From Nitrospirota bacterium (GTDB taxonomy: Bacteria; Nitrospirota; UBA9217): a stretch of DNA of 64,000 bases. Positions within the stretch are counted from its first letter, which is position 1, and each line of letters begins with the position of its first letter. Position numbers and translations under genes: made by a program. This document shows positions 51,729 through 62,777 of this stretch, piece after piece. Location of the stretch: the NCBI GenBank assembly GCA_963796285.1, contig CAWCKW010000012.1, forward strand, positions 1-64,000. Reading direction: 5' to 3'. The notes beneath the pieces were generated by a model. That model searched no databases. It had not been told where the DNA came from and saw only the letters and a list, made by a program, of their open reading frames with translations.

Positions 51729-51859
51729 ATAATGTGTTCCCTCAGCAGAACCCATAAGGATAGTAGGATCGAGGTTCTACCATCAGCGAAACATCGAGCT
51801 TTCATGTTAGCGGAGAGGCAATCTATCGGTTGAGATGGGCTTTCCGCAACTAACGAAGG

Positions 51860-54361
51860 ATGTTAATAAAAATGGATACATCCAAAGGCTATACTGACAG
51901 AATCCTTGGCGAACAGGTCCGTCTTGCCATCAAGCAGCTGCCTACGATGCAGATAACATCCTTCATCATCGCCCTCATTCTTTCCTTTGCCGTTCGCGAT
52001 ATCAGCCCTCGGACAAATATCATCGCATGGTTAATAATGCTCCTGGTGACCGTCTTCGGCAGGACCATTCTTTACTATCGATTCCTGAAGGTTGATGAAC
52101 AACCCATTGTTGCGGGGTACTGGGAAACGATCTATTTGCTTTTGGCCCTTTTTTCCGGGATCGTGTGGGGCGTTTCCGCCTTTATTATTTTCCCGGCGGG
52201 CAATATATGGCCGATGGCGATCTTTTTAATCGCAATTGCTGGCTTGGGAGCCGGGACCACCATATCTCATGCGGGCATTAAATTAGGGTCCACAGCATGG
52301 GTAGTGCCGGTCATGCTGCTCTATGCCGTCCGCTGCATCATGGTAGGAGGTGAATTTGAATATGTCTTAGGCTTTTTTATTGTTATCTTTATGGTTGCAA
52401 TCATTTATCTCTCCTTGAAAAATAATGAAGCCATTACCTCTTCCCTCTCTTTAAAATTCGAACACATCGACCTTCTTTCCGTTGTCCAGGAGAGCGAAGA
52501 ACGATATCGCGTACTGGCTGGAGCAAGCTTTGAGGCCGTGGTATTCAGTCAGGAAGGTATTATCAAGGACTGCAACGAACAGTTGTCAAAGATACTTGGT
52601 TTCAGCAGAGAAGAGCTGATTGATAAACCGATTCGAGATCTTTTGCCCCCGGAAGAAATCGAACGCGTAATGAATAATATCAGCAGCGGGCGGGAATCTA
52701 TCATTGATACCGATGTAGTGTGCAAAGACGGCAGTCGACGCAGTATAGAGGCGCATGGCACAACAACACTGTATCAGGGCAAAGAATATCGAATTACCGC
52801 CATCCATGACATCACCGAGCTCAGACGGATGGAAGGTGCGCTCCGGGAAAAGGAAAGCAAGTATCGATCGCTGTTTGAATCCGCGAAAGACGGGATCTTT
52901 ATCCTGGACGAGACCGGCTTCACGGACTGCAACCGGAAAGGCGCCGAGATGTACGGCCTTACGAAGGAAGAGCTCATCGGCCGTTCACCAAACGATTTTG
53001 CTCCGGAGCGTCAACCCGACGGACGGCCCTCGTTCGAAGTGGCCGGCGAGAAGATCCAGGGAGCGTTGAGCGGCGTTCCCCAGATCTTCGAGTGGCAGTC
53101 GCTGCGCGCTAACGCCGGCCCCTTGAGCGCCTTTGATGTGGAGATCTCACTGAGCCGGCTCGAAGTGGGCGGTAAGATGTGCCTGCATGCGATCGTTCGC
53201 GACATCAGCGAACGAAAGCGGTTGGAGCAGGAACGCCTCAAGACCCAGAAGCTTGAAGCCATCGGAACGCTGGCGGGCGGGATCGCACACGATTTCAACA
53301 ACCTGCTGCAGGGTGTTTTCGGGTATATCTCCCTCGCGAAGCTGAGGATCAGTGACCGGGAGAAAAGTCTGGCGGCGCTTGGGGAGGCGGAGAAAGCGCT
53401 GCATATTTCGGTGAGATTGACGAACCAGCTTCTTACCTTCTCGAAGGGCGGCAAACCGGTGAAAAAAACAATTGACCTCCTCCCGGTGATCGAGAATGCA
53501 GCGAAATTCGCTCTGAGCGGATCGCGCACCGATTGCCATATTGCGGTGGATGAAGGTCTTTGGCAAATTGACGCGGACGAAGGCCAGATCGGCCAGGTGA
53601 TCCAGAACATAGTTCTGAACGCCGACCAGTCCATGCCCGAAGGCGGACAGGTAATGATCACGGCGCGAAACGTTCCTGTTCCCGTTCCGGATGCACCGCA
53701 GGACCTGGAACAAGGCAGGTATGTCGAGATCGCCTTCAGGGACACCGGTGTCGGCATTCCCGAGAAGTATCTCGGCAAAATCTTCGACCCCTATTTCACC
53801 ACCAAGGAAAAAGGAAGTGGTCTGGGACTCGCAACATCCTATTCGATCATCAAGAACCACAACGGCAGAATTGTCGTAAAGTCGGAGATGGGGAAAGGAA
53901 CGACCTTCCTCATTTACCTCCCGGCAGCGGAAGCCGTCAAGCGAGAAGAACGGGCCAGACCCGCTGCCGCGGCGCCGGGACGGACAGGTCGGGTGCTTGT
54001 CATGGATGATGAACCGGTCATCCTCACTGTTGCCGGAGAACTGATCAGGGCGCTGGGTCACCATGCGGAGCTCGCTTCTCAGGGTAGTGAGGCGATCGCA
54101 AAATATCAGGAGGCGCAGCGATCAGGACAGCCGTTCGATGTCGTTATTCTGGACCTTACGATCCGGGGCGGGATGGGCGGCGCTGAAACCCTTCGGAGAC
54201 TGACGGAAATCGATCCAGGCGTGAAGACCGTTGTATCGAGCGGATACTCTGATGATACAGCCATCGCAGGCTATTTGGAACAGGGATTCAAGGCCGTTCT
54301 TAAGAAGCCGTACCATGTTGATGAACTGCGAGAGGTGCTGAACAGATTGATGAACTCGTAG
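51860..54361 (+). CDS. Hybrid sensor histidine kinase (multi-TM input, 2 PAS, HisKA, HATPase, receiver)
   Basis: About six TM helices, AGGIAHDFNNLL, GSGLGL and ILDLT. The C-terminal ~500 aa closely match the upstream kinase. Confidence 0.93.
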   Translation: MLIKMDTSKGYTDRILGEQVRLAIKQLPTMQITSFIIALILSFAVRDISPRTNIIAWLIMLLVTVFGRTILYYRFLKVDEQPIVAGYWETIYLLLALFSGIVWGVSAFIIFPAGNIWPMAIFLIAIAGLGAGTTISHAGIKLGSTAWVVPVMLLYAVRCIMVGGEFEYVLGFFIVIFMVAIIYLSLKNNEAITSSLSLKFEHIDLLSVVQESEERYRVLAGASFEAVVFSQEGIIKDCNEQLSKILGFSREELIDKPIRDLLPPEEIERVMNNISSGRESIIDTDVVCKDGSRRSIEAHGTTTLYQGKEYRITAIHDITELRRMEGALREKESKYRSLFESAKDGIFILDETGFTDCNRKGAEMYGLTKEELIGRSPNDFAPERQPDGRPSFEVAGEKIQGALSGVPQIFEWQSLRANAGPLSAFDVEISLSRLEVGGKMCLHAIVRDISERKRLEQERLKTQKLEAIGTLAGGIAHDFNNLLQGVFGYISLAKLRISDREKSLAALGEAEKALHISVRLTNQLLTFSKGGKPVKKTIDLLPVIENAAKFALSGSRTDCHIAVDEGLWQIDADEGQIGQVIQNIVLNADQSMPEGGQVMITARNVPVPVPDAPQDLEQGRYVEIAFRDTGVGIPEKYLGKIFDPYFTTKEKGSGLGLATSYSIIKNHNGRIVVKSEMGKGTTFLIYLPAAEAVKREERARPAAAAPGRTGRVLVMDDEPVILTVAGELIRALGHHAELASQGSEAIAKYQEAQRSGQPFDVVILDLTIRGGMGGAETLRRLTEIDPGVKTVVSSGYSDDTAIAGYLEQGFKAVLKKPYHVDELREVLNRLMNS

Positions 54362-54395
54362 TTATTGCTGAACAGGGGAAGCCATGGTTCTGGAA

Positions 54396-55775
54396 TCACT
54401 CCACCTCGTCGAGCTTCGTAAATGCCTTCAATACCACTTCCGACAGCGCCGGGTGGATGTGCATGCCCCTGGCCACGGACCAGAGGTTCCCGTCTGCGGC
54501 CATGGCGTTCACGACCTCCTGGATCAGGACGGATGCCTGGGGGCCGATGATATGGTATCCCAGTATCTTTCCCGTCTTCCGGTGCACCACGGCCTTGGTG
54601 AATCCATCGGTTTCCATCATGGCCTCGCCGCGCGCCACGTCCCGGTACATGGCCTTGCCCACAAGGACCTCGTGTTTGCCCATGAGCTTGATCGCCTGCT
54701 CCTCGGTAAGTCCCACGGAAGCGATTTCAGGATAGGAGAACACGGCATGCGGCACGGTAAGGAAGTTCATCCGTGATTTCTTGCCGTGGATGGCATTGTG
54801 CCAGACAAGCTCGGCCTCATGATTGGCCGAATGCCGGAACATCTTCTTGCCTATGGCATCGCCGAACGCCCAGATGTTTTTCTTCGAGGTTTCTAAGAAC
54901 TCATCCACGATGATGTAACCCTTTTCGTCAGTCTTCACACCCGTGTTCCCGACCATCAGAACGTCTGCGTTTGACTTTCTGCCCGCGGCGATCAGAACAT
55001 ATTGAGCAATGACCTCCAGCTGTTTTCCCGTGTTCCGTTCTTTTGCTGAGACCGTAGTGAACTTCCCGGTTTGGCGGACCTCAATGGCCTCCGTATTCGT
55101 ATGAATTGTCATGCGCCGGGAAAGGGCTGTCTTCAGCAGTTCCGAGATCTCCGGCTCCTCTTCAGGCACGAGCCGCTCGTTGCTCTGGATGATGGTGATC
55201 TTCGTGCCCATGGCCTCGAAGAAATGGGCGAACTCGGCGGCAATGTATCCGCCTCCGACGATGATCATGCTTTCCGGGCGTTCAGTAAGCTGGAGCGCAC
55301 TCTCGTTCGTGAGATACTCGATGCTCTCGATGCCTTTGACGGAAGGAATGAGCGGCCGGGCGCCTGATACAATGAAGATTATCTTGCCTCTGATCGTCCG
55401 GCCCGTTATGTCGAGTGTATACTCATCAATAAAATGCGCCTCGCCCCCGTAGAAATCGAAACCATCGGCCTCTTCCAGCGTTTTTTGGATATTGTCGTGG
55501 CTTTTTTTTACGTGCTTCCGCATCCTCTCCATGATGGCCGCGAAATCGATCGCCTTGATCTCTGCAGTGATGCCGAATTTCTGCGCCTCGCGAATTTCCA
55601 TGATCCTGTCAGCCGGGTAGACGATCATCTTCGTCGGTATGCAGCCGACATTCAGACAGGTGCCGCCCGCAGGCCCCTTGTCCACGATCGCAACGGTCTT
55701 ATTGTGTGCCAGTGCGTCATTGACAAGGTTCGCACCGCTGCCTGAGCCGATGATGATGACGTCGTATTCTTTCAT
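54396..55775 (-). CDS. Class-I pyridine nucleotide-disulfide oxidoreductase (Lpd/mycothione-reductase-like)
   Basis: GSGSG, GGTCLNVGCIPTK, GGGYIAAEFAH and HIHPALSE. Confidence 0.88.
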   Translation of the reverse strand: MKEYDVIIIGSGSGANLVNDALAHNKTVAIVDKGPAGGTCLNVGCIPTKMIVYPADRIMEIREAQKFGITAEIKAIDFAAIMERMRKHVKKSHDNIQKTLEEADGFDFYGGEAHFIDEYTLDITGRTIRGKIIFIVSGARPLIPSVKGIESIEYLTNESALQLTERPESMIIVGGGYIAAEFAHFFEAMGTKITIIQSNERLVPEEEPEISELLKTALSRRMTIHTNTEAIEVRQTGKFTTVSAKERNTGKQLEVIAQYVLIAAGRKSNADVLMVGNTGVKTDEKGYIIVDEFLETSKKNIWAFGDAIGKKMFRHSANHEAELVWHNAIHGKKSRMNFLTVPHAVFSYPEIASVGLTEEQAIKLMGKHEVLVGKAMYRDVARGEAMMETDGFTKAVVHRKTGKILGYHIIGPQASVLIQEVVNAMAADGNLWSVARGMHIHPALSEVVLKAFTKLDEVE

Positions 55776-56022
55776 GGTAGTCCTTTCAAGATGCAGCTTT
55801 CCCTTGATGGTGGTCTATATAAGCATTGTAGCATTTTCCCGGTGCGTGTCAATGAAAGGGATTCTTCACCCGCATGCGTTTGCTTTGGTTGGTTTTCTCA
55901 TCACCCTTACCTCTTCTCTGGCCCACTCAAAGAAACAACTGCCCGAACTCACAAAATAATTGCGTATTGCTCGAAAATTAAATATACTAACGCCATTCAA
56001 TGTTTACTGGGGGGACAAGGAA

Positions 56023-56931
56023 ATGAGCATTCTTGATTGCATCGGCAACACGCCGATAGCGCGGCTGGACAGGATCAACCCGAACCCGAAGGTTCGGCTC
56101 TTTGCCAAGCTGGAAGGGAACAATCCGGGCGGATCGGTGAAGGACCGCATCGCCTGGTACATGGTCAAGTCCGCTGAAGCGGAAGGCAAGCTCACCAAAG
56201 GTTCGACCATCCTCGAGGCGACGTCGGGCAATACGGGCATCGGGCTCGCCATGGTCGGCTCTGCCAGGGGATACAAGGTCAAGCTCGTCATGCCCGAGTG
56301 CGTGAGCATGGAGCGGAGGAAAGTGCTCGAGGCCTTCGGCGCCGAGCTGGTGCTGAGCCCCGGCAACCAGGGGACCGACGGCGCGATCCGGCTGGCGCAC
56401 AAGCTTTACGACGAGCACCGGAACGGCTATTTCATGCCGAACCAGTTCGACAACGAAGCGAACGTCAAGGCCCATTACGAGACCACGGGCAGAGAGATCT
56501 ACGAGCAGACGAGGGGAGAGGTGAGCGTCTTCGTGGCCGGCATGGGCACGACCGGCACGCTCATGGGCGCGGGAAAACGGCTCAAAGAAATGAACAGCTC
56601 GATAACTGTCCTCGGCGTGGAGCCCCACCTGGGCCACAAGATCCAGGGGCTCAAGAACATGTCCGAGGCCATCGTGCCGAAGATATTCAATCCAGCGGCG
56701 CTGGACGAGAAATGGAACGTGGTGGACGACGACGCATTCGACACAACGCGCAGGCTGGCGCTCGAAGAGGGCCTGTTCGTGGGTATGAGCAGCGGCGCGG
56801 CCATGGCAGCGGCGATCAAGAAAGCGAAGGAGATGAAGGACGGTACGATCGTCGTGGTCCTGCCCGACCGCGGAGACCGGTACCTCAGTACGGCCTTGTT
56901 CACCTCAGTCTGCGCGCAGTGCCCGCCGTAG
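56023..56931 (+). CDS. Cysteine synthase (CysK/CysM family)
   Basis: NPGGSVKDR, EATSGNTG, GMGTTGT, GMSSGA and PDRGDRYLS; C-terminal CAQCPP. Confidence 0.93.
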   Translation: MSILDCIGNTPIARLDRINPNPKVRLFAKLEGNNPGGSVKDRIAWYMVKSAEAEGKLTKGSTILEATSGNTGIGLAMVGSARGYKVKLVMPECVSMERRKVLEAFGAELVLSPGNQGTDGAIRLAHKLYDEHRNGYFMPNQFDNEANVKAHYETTGREIYEQTRGEVSVFVAGMGTTGTLMGAGKRLKEMNSSITVLGVEPHLGHKIQGLKNMSEAIVPKIFNPAALDEKWNVVDDDAFDTTRRLALEEGLFVGMSSGAAMAAAIKKAKEMKDGTIVVVLPDRGDRYLSTALFTSVCAQCPP

Positions 56932-57000
56932 GGGAGGATGTAAAGAGGCCGGTATCGGCCTTCCGAACATTGCCCCTGCCGTCGGTTCCCTTCTTCGCAC

Positions 57001-57026
57001 AGCCCTCTCCCTGTCGGGAGAGGGCT
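57001..57026. terminator. Hairpin between convergent genes
   Basis: agccctctccc-tgtc-gggagagggct. Confidence 0.55.
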
Positions 57027-57124
57027 TAGACATCATATCATATGCGTTTCGATTCCTATTTCATTGTTCACACAATCGCGGGTTGCACCGTTCTGTACTG
57101 TCTGGCATCAGCGCTATTCAGCCA

Positions 57125-58585
57125 TCATGGTTTGATCGTAAGGTAGATCGAACCTCCCCGCCGATAAATGAGCAAGAGCACACCGTCCTTTTCTTTGATC
57201 TTCGAGACCACCTGTTCATACTCCTGCGCGCTCTTGATGCCCCGGCGGTTCACTTCCTGGATCACATCGTTGGCCTGCAGCAAATCGTGACTCGGGCTGT
57301 CTGATGCGACATCAGTCACGATAACTCCGTTCGTGTCATCAGGGATTTCAAGTTTATCACGCAGGCTCGCGGTGAGGTCCTGGACCGTAATACCCTTCAG
57401 GACATTCTTGTATTCGGTCTTTTTTATTTCCGCTTTTTCCTTGAATTCGCCGAGTGTGGCGGTGAGGGACTGCTGATTGCCATCCCGTATGATCTTGATC
57501 CCGATCTTTGTCCCCGGCGACAACGCGGACACCATGTTCCTGAGGCTGGTGGAGTCGGCAATCGCTTTCCCGTCCAATTCGATGATGAGGTCGCCCCGTT
57601 TCAGGCCGGCCTTGTACGCGGGGCTGTCGTCCATAACGCCTGAAACCAGGGCGCCTGTTTGTTCCGTGATTTTGAAGGATTTCGCGAGATCCGGTGAAAG
57701 GTCCTGTATGCTGACACCCAGCCAGCCGCGGATCACCTTCCCGTGCTTGATGATGCTGTCCATAACGCCTGTTGCCATGTCGGACGGTATCGCGAAGCCG
57801 ATGCCCATATATCCACCGCTGGTCGAAAAGATGGCGGTATTAATGCCGACCAGTTCACCATTGGTGTTGACCAGCGCGCCGCCTGAATTGCCCGGATTGA
57901 TAGCCGCATCGGTCTGGATAAAGTCCTCAAAATCGGCGAGACCGATGTGCGATCTTCCCACAGCGCTCACGATCCCCATGGTGATCGTCTGGTTCAGGCC
58001 AAAGGGATTGCCGATGGCGAGCACCACGTCACCGGTCTTCAGCGCGGAGGATGACCCCATTTTCACCGTCGGCAGGTCCTTGGCGTCGATCTTCACGACG
58101 GCGAGGTCGGTTTTGGAATCAGTGCCCACGACCGTGCCTTTGAATTCCCGCTTGTCATACAGGACCACCTTGATCTCATCGGCCCCCTTGACCACATGGT
58201 TGTTGGTCAGGATATATCCCTTATCGGACACGATCACGCCCGACCCCAGGGCAGAGGACTTATGTTTCCGATTCGGCCCCGGATGATTGAACTGGTCGCC
58301 GAAGAAGCGCCTGAAAAAAGGATCGTTGAACATATCGCCGAAGGGGTTCTCTTCAGCCGGGATCGTGGTCGTTGTCGAAATATTCACCACTGCCGGCCGT
58401 ACTACCTCTGCCACCTCTGCCAGTGCGTTGCTTAAATTCCCGAGTAATTTTTTACTGTCCGGGGAAATGGTTTTTCCCCCGGCGTGGGCGGTATCTGCGG
58501 CCAGATGAGCGCCCGAAACCAGGAATAGAAAGCTGAGTACAACGAAAAACCATGATATGTTGCTGTTACTGGTGCGGTTCTGCAT
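57125..58585 (-). CDS. DegP/DegQ (Do) serine endoprotease with two PDZ domains
   Basis: TNNHVV, TDLAV, DAAINPGNSGG and RGWLGV. Confidence 0.95.
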   Translation of the reverse strand: MQNRTSNSNISWFFVVLSFLFLVSGAHLAADTAHAGGKTISPDSKKLLGNLSNALAEVAEVVRPAVVNISTTTTIPAEENPFGDMFNDPFFRRFFGDQFNHPGPNRKHKSSALGSGVIVSDKGYILTNNHVVKGADEIKVVLYDKREFKGTVVGTDSKTDLAVVKIDAKDLPTVKMGSSSALKTGDVVLAIGNPFGLNQTITMGIVSAVGRSHIGLADFEDFIQTDAAINPGNSGGALVNTNGELVGINTAIFSTSGGYMGIGFAIPSDMATGVMDSIIKHGKVIRGWLGVSIQDLSPDLAKSFKITEQTGALVSGVMDDSPAYKAGLKRGDLIIELDGKAIADSTSLRNMVSALSPGTKIGIKIIRDGNQQSLTATLGEFKEKAEIKKTEYKNVLKGITVQDLTASLRDKLEIPDDTNGVIVTDVASDSPSHDLLQANDVIQEVNRRGIKSAQEYEQVVSKIKEKDGVLLLIYRRGGSIYLTIKP

Positions 58586-59009
58586 ATGTTCCTCCTCTTA
58601 TTGATAAATTCGTGCAGCCGGAATAATAATTGTTACCCGCCAAAGCGTTCCCCTCTCCTCGCTGGGGACAGGACCAAGCCTGCCCCGAGTAAAGGCGAAG
58701 GGGTGAGCGGTAAAGAAGTATCAGTGTTCAATTCGTTCGTATTAGATTATACCTTATGACGGTATCGTGTTCAAGACGGATGCATGATGTTGCAAGCGAG
58801 ACAAGGTAGCGTGTCCGAGCGCAACTTATTGAAAAAACATGATCACGGTTCTTTCCCCACCCGGCAAAAGGTCCTGGGTTAAGAGTTTGACACTGTAAAG
58901 CCACGATGGTTTAACGAAGGCTGCTTTTTTCAGAGAGAGCGCGCGGAAAAGATCGTGGGTTATCACTCAGTTAAGAACGCGAATTTTTCACAAAAAAGGA
59001 AGAACATTT

Positions 59010-59102
59010 ACCGCGAAGCACGCAAAGGACGTCAAAAACGATGGCATTGACTTTGATTCACGATCTACAAGTCTCCCTTCGCGACCTTTGCGCTTTGGCG
59101 GT
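59010..59102. repeat. Palindromic intergenic repeat
   Basis: accgcgaagcacgcaaagg ... cctttgcgctttggcggt. Confidence 0.6.
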
Positions 59103-59203
59103 TTCAAGGTTTTGTTTCCGGCTTGTCCCGGTTACATCAGGAACGACTGGCCCTATCAACGCATCATTGATGAATTTGTTACCTATGGCTGAGACAGTGG
59201 AGT

Positions 59204-62200
59204 CTACAGTCTTGTGCAGCGTTCCAGTCGGTTACTATCAAGGAACAGGAGATATCCCTCCACGCTCTCCAGTTTGAAGATCTCTTTCACCGCTTCGCAG
59301 TAGACGGCGATTTGCGGACGGTAATGTTCCTTCCAGTCATCGAGCGCCTCGTTACTTTCGATGACGATGGACTTATAGTCGATCACAAATCCTTTGGCAT
59401 CTTTTATCACTACGCGATCGATGATGCCGCTCACAAGGGTATGGCCTTTTCTGTACAGAAAGGGCAGTTCCGAGTATGCCTTCTGATGACGCTCGAATAT
59501 CCAGGCAAGTTCATTGTTTCCCAGGACTGATCTCAATATTGACTCGATAGCGGCCTGAACAACATGTTGAGCATCGTGCCTGAGCGTAATGATCTCGGGA
59601 TATTCGGCGATGATCCTGTCAATATCGTACGCGCCGTTCTTTGTGTATTCCTCAAGGCAGCGGTGGAGAACGCTTCCGCGAATAAGGGGAGAAACCGGCC
59701 CGCCTTCACCTGAAAGAGCAACCGTCCCGGCTGCATCTTCCCCTTCTCGCTCGATGAAGTCAGTTGCGCGCTTCCATTCAAGCGCATCCGAGCGAGGGAT
59801 CGGGGAGATGTTGTTGAGGACCCGTTGCACATCTATCTGCACTGAAATGCCCTGAGCAACTCCGCCCTGGGAAAGCGGGGCTGATAGGGTCTTTCCCGTG
59901 AAGCCCGGCTCCCGTGCGGACACGGGATACGCGTAGGAACGCACGCCTGCTGGACCATCGACCGGTGATGCGAATAAGGGTTGCGGCGCCGTGCGGTGCA
60001 GATCATCCAGCCAGGAGCTCTGTTTGACGGGTGTTTTGTTGTTCCCAAGGGTGCCGAGCATGATCAGATGGTCCCGTGCCCGTGTCATCGCGACATAGAG
60101 AAGCCGCTGCTGTTCCCGCTTGATCTCTTCCCGCTCGCCGCTGTCGCCTTTCCACATATCATCGTACACCGGATTGTTCGCGTCTTTGATCGCGACGCAC
60201 GGTCCAGTGCTTGATTCGCTGATGAGGGCCTCCGGTCCGAAGGTGAAAGATCGCGCGGTCTGGTTCATCCCCGGCAGGAACACAATGGGAAATTCCAGGC
60301 CTTTGGCCTTGTGTACGGTCAGGATGCTGACGGACCCCTGGAACCCGGGAAGGTTCATATCAGCAGTGGCCTCGCGCTGCTCGGTCCTGCGGAGGTTCCT
60401 GACCCATTCCACAAAGTCCTGGAGCGTGGTATGGCCGCGGCGATCGAACTCGCGGGCAGTATCGAGCAGTTTGTCGATGTTAAAGATCGCCTGAGGGTTC
60501 TTCCTGCCGAACCGCACATAGGCGCCGGTATCGTTAACGATCGTATGCATGAGGGCCGCGAGAGGCGCGACACCCGCGAGTTGTTGCCAACGGTGCAGCA
60601 ATTTCCATGCTCCCGGCCGCAGCGTTCGGAGGGCGTCGAGCATCTCTCCCTTCTGCTGCATGAGGTCGAAGAGGTCCGTGTCCGTGAACCCGAAGAGGGC
60701 TGAGGTAAGGGCCGCGGCAAGCGCAAGGTTGTCATCCTTGTTCCAGAGAAAGAAGAGAGTGTTCATCATTGCCTGGACCTCGTCCTCCTCGTAAAAACCG
60801 ATGCCGCCGATCACGCGGAAAGGAATACCCGCATGCTGCAGTGCTGTTTCATAATTCTTGAGCCTTGTTCGCGACTGGATCAAGATGGCGCAGTCGCCGT
60901 ACGCGGCATGCCGTTCTTTCCAGACATCGTTCACCTTATCGTAGACAACGGCGCCGGTTTCCACGAACGACCGAATGCTCCGCGCCAGCACATCGGCTTC
61001 AGCAAGGCCTGATGGGGACCCCTCGCCGGATGCAGACTGGATCTCGATGAGCTGGACGCTTCCCTTGTGGTCCTTCCTGTCACTGTCAGAGGGTTTATAC
61101 GCATCTCCCCACAGCCCTGCGAAGACCTTGTTCACCGTCTCGATGACCTCGGGTGTTGAACGGAAGTTCTTGTCGAGAGTGAGGATTGCCCGCGATCCAC
61201 GAGGCAGAAGCGTCTCCATCTTCTGTTTGACGTTCTCGATCAGGCGGTAGTTAGCCTCACGGAAGCGGTAGATGGACTGCTTTTCGTCGCCGACCACGAA
61301 CAGCGTGGGGGGCATGCGTTTTTCCGCGCCCTGGCCCGCGAAGATCTCGCTGGTCAGCCTATCGAGGATGGCCCACTGGATATCGCTCGTGTCCTGGAAC
61401 TCGTCAACGAGGAAGTGCAGGACCTTGCGATCGAGCCAGTAGAGGATCTCCGGCGATTCACTGTTCTGGAGCAGACGGTAGGCGTAGATCTCAAGGTCAT
61501 CGAAGTCCAGGAGGCCTTCTCTGAGCTTCGATGCCTGGTAGTGTTCAGCCGAGCGCAGATACAGCCGGAGCATGCTGAGCGACTCGCGGCCTGCTTGTGC
61601 GCGCTGGTACGCGTTCCTGAGCCGGTACAGCAGCGCCTGGATGGCGAAGAAGAGCTTCTCGTATCCCTGTCTGTTCCTGCCTTTGAAGGACTTCACGGCG
61701 ATCTTGGCGTTCTTGCGCGGTGTGCCTTCAAGGGTAAAGTAGATCGGTGAGAGTGATGCCGCTGCCGTGAACGCGGCATCCGAGTCCTGCGCTTCGGCGA
61801 GCAGAAGGTGACCAGGCCCCATGCAATCGACATAGTTGTCGCCCTCTGCCTTGAGCAAGAGCTCCATCTCCTGGAACGATATCCGCCACTCAGCGCTGGT
61901 GATAAGCGTAGCGAGCTCCGCCTCAGCCGCGCCTGTTTCCATTCCTGCGCGGACGGACTTGAGCAGTCCGTCCGGTCCCTGTGCGTCGATCTCCATGCGT
62001 TTGAGCCTGGTCCTGATCGAAAGCAGGTACTCGATGGTTGAAATAAGTTCGTCGGCCGTGAACCCCTTGAGCGCGTCCATGATCTCCTGGTCTTGGTCGG
62101 TTTCTTCGAGGGTATCTTCGATGGCCTGTTGGATCTTGGTTGCCTGGTCGCGGGAATCGAGCACGCCGAAGTCAGGCGGGAGACCCGCTTCGAGCGGGTA

Positions 62201-62516
62201 GCGCTTCAGAAGGTTCATGCAAAAGGAGTGGATGGTGGAGATGCGGAGGTCCTGCTTGCCCCGGATGATCTTCTTGAGCATGGCCTCGGGCAGGTCGCGC
62301 ATCACGCGCTCTTTGATCTCCGCAGCGGCCTTGTCCGTAAACGTGATGGCCACGGCCTGGTCGATGTTGAGCCCGCGCTTGTCGAGCATGTCGAGCAGCG
62401 CCAGATAGCGCTCCTTGAGACGCGCGGGTCTTTCCCGAGCCGGCTGAGGCCGAGAGGTGCACGGACTTGGACGTGTCAGAGGCGTCTGGCATTGTTTGAT
62501 CTTTATTATTGGACAT
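59204..62516 (-). CDS. addA: AddA-like UvrD helicase/nuclease, +1 frameshift at ~62420
   Basis: SASAGSGKT sits in an upstream frame and is joined by removing one base (ACC CGC GCG T CTC AAG GAG CGC). Also TIHSFC, VDEFQD, VGDEKQSIYRFR, YVAMTRA and IDR..IDYK. Confidence 0.9.
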
Positions 62517-62569
62517 AATTATTCAGAGGCAATGCCTCGGACCTATGAAACAAGGGCAAACATATTTGA

Positions 62570-62696
62570 ACCGCAGAGACGTAGCCTGCTCTTGCGAAGG
62601 CGCGGCCATAAACGGAGACGCAGAGGACTTCAAACTCTTATATTTTAAAACTTGAGCCTTGTCATTCTTTTCTCCGCGTCTCGGCGTCTCTGTGGT
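62570..62696. repeat. Palindromic intergenic repeat
   Basis: accgcagagacg..ggagacgcagag ... ctccgcgtctcggcgtctctgtggt. Confidence 0.6.
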
Positions 62697-62777
62697 GAAC
62701 GTTATTGATCGATTCAAAAACTTGACTCAAAATTAATGATGCGCCGTATTACAAGATGTTTAAATAGGTGCGACCCC

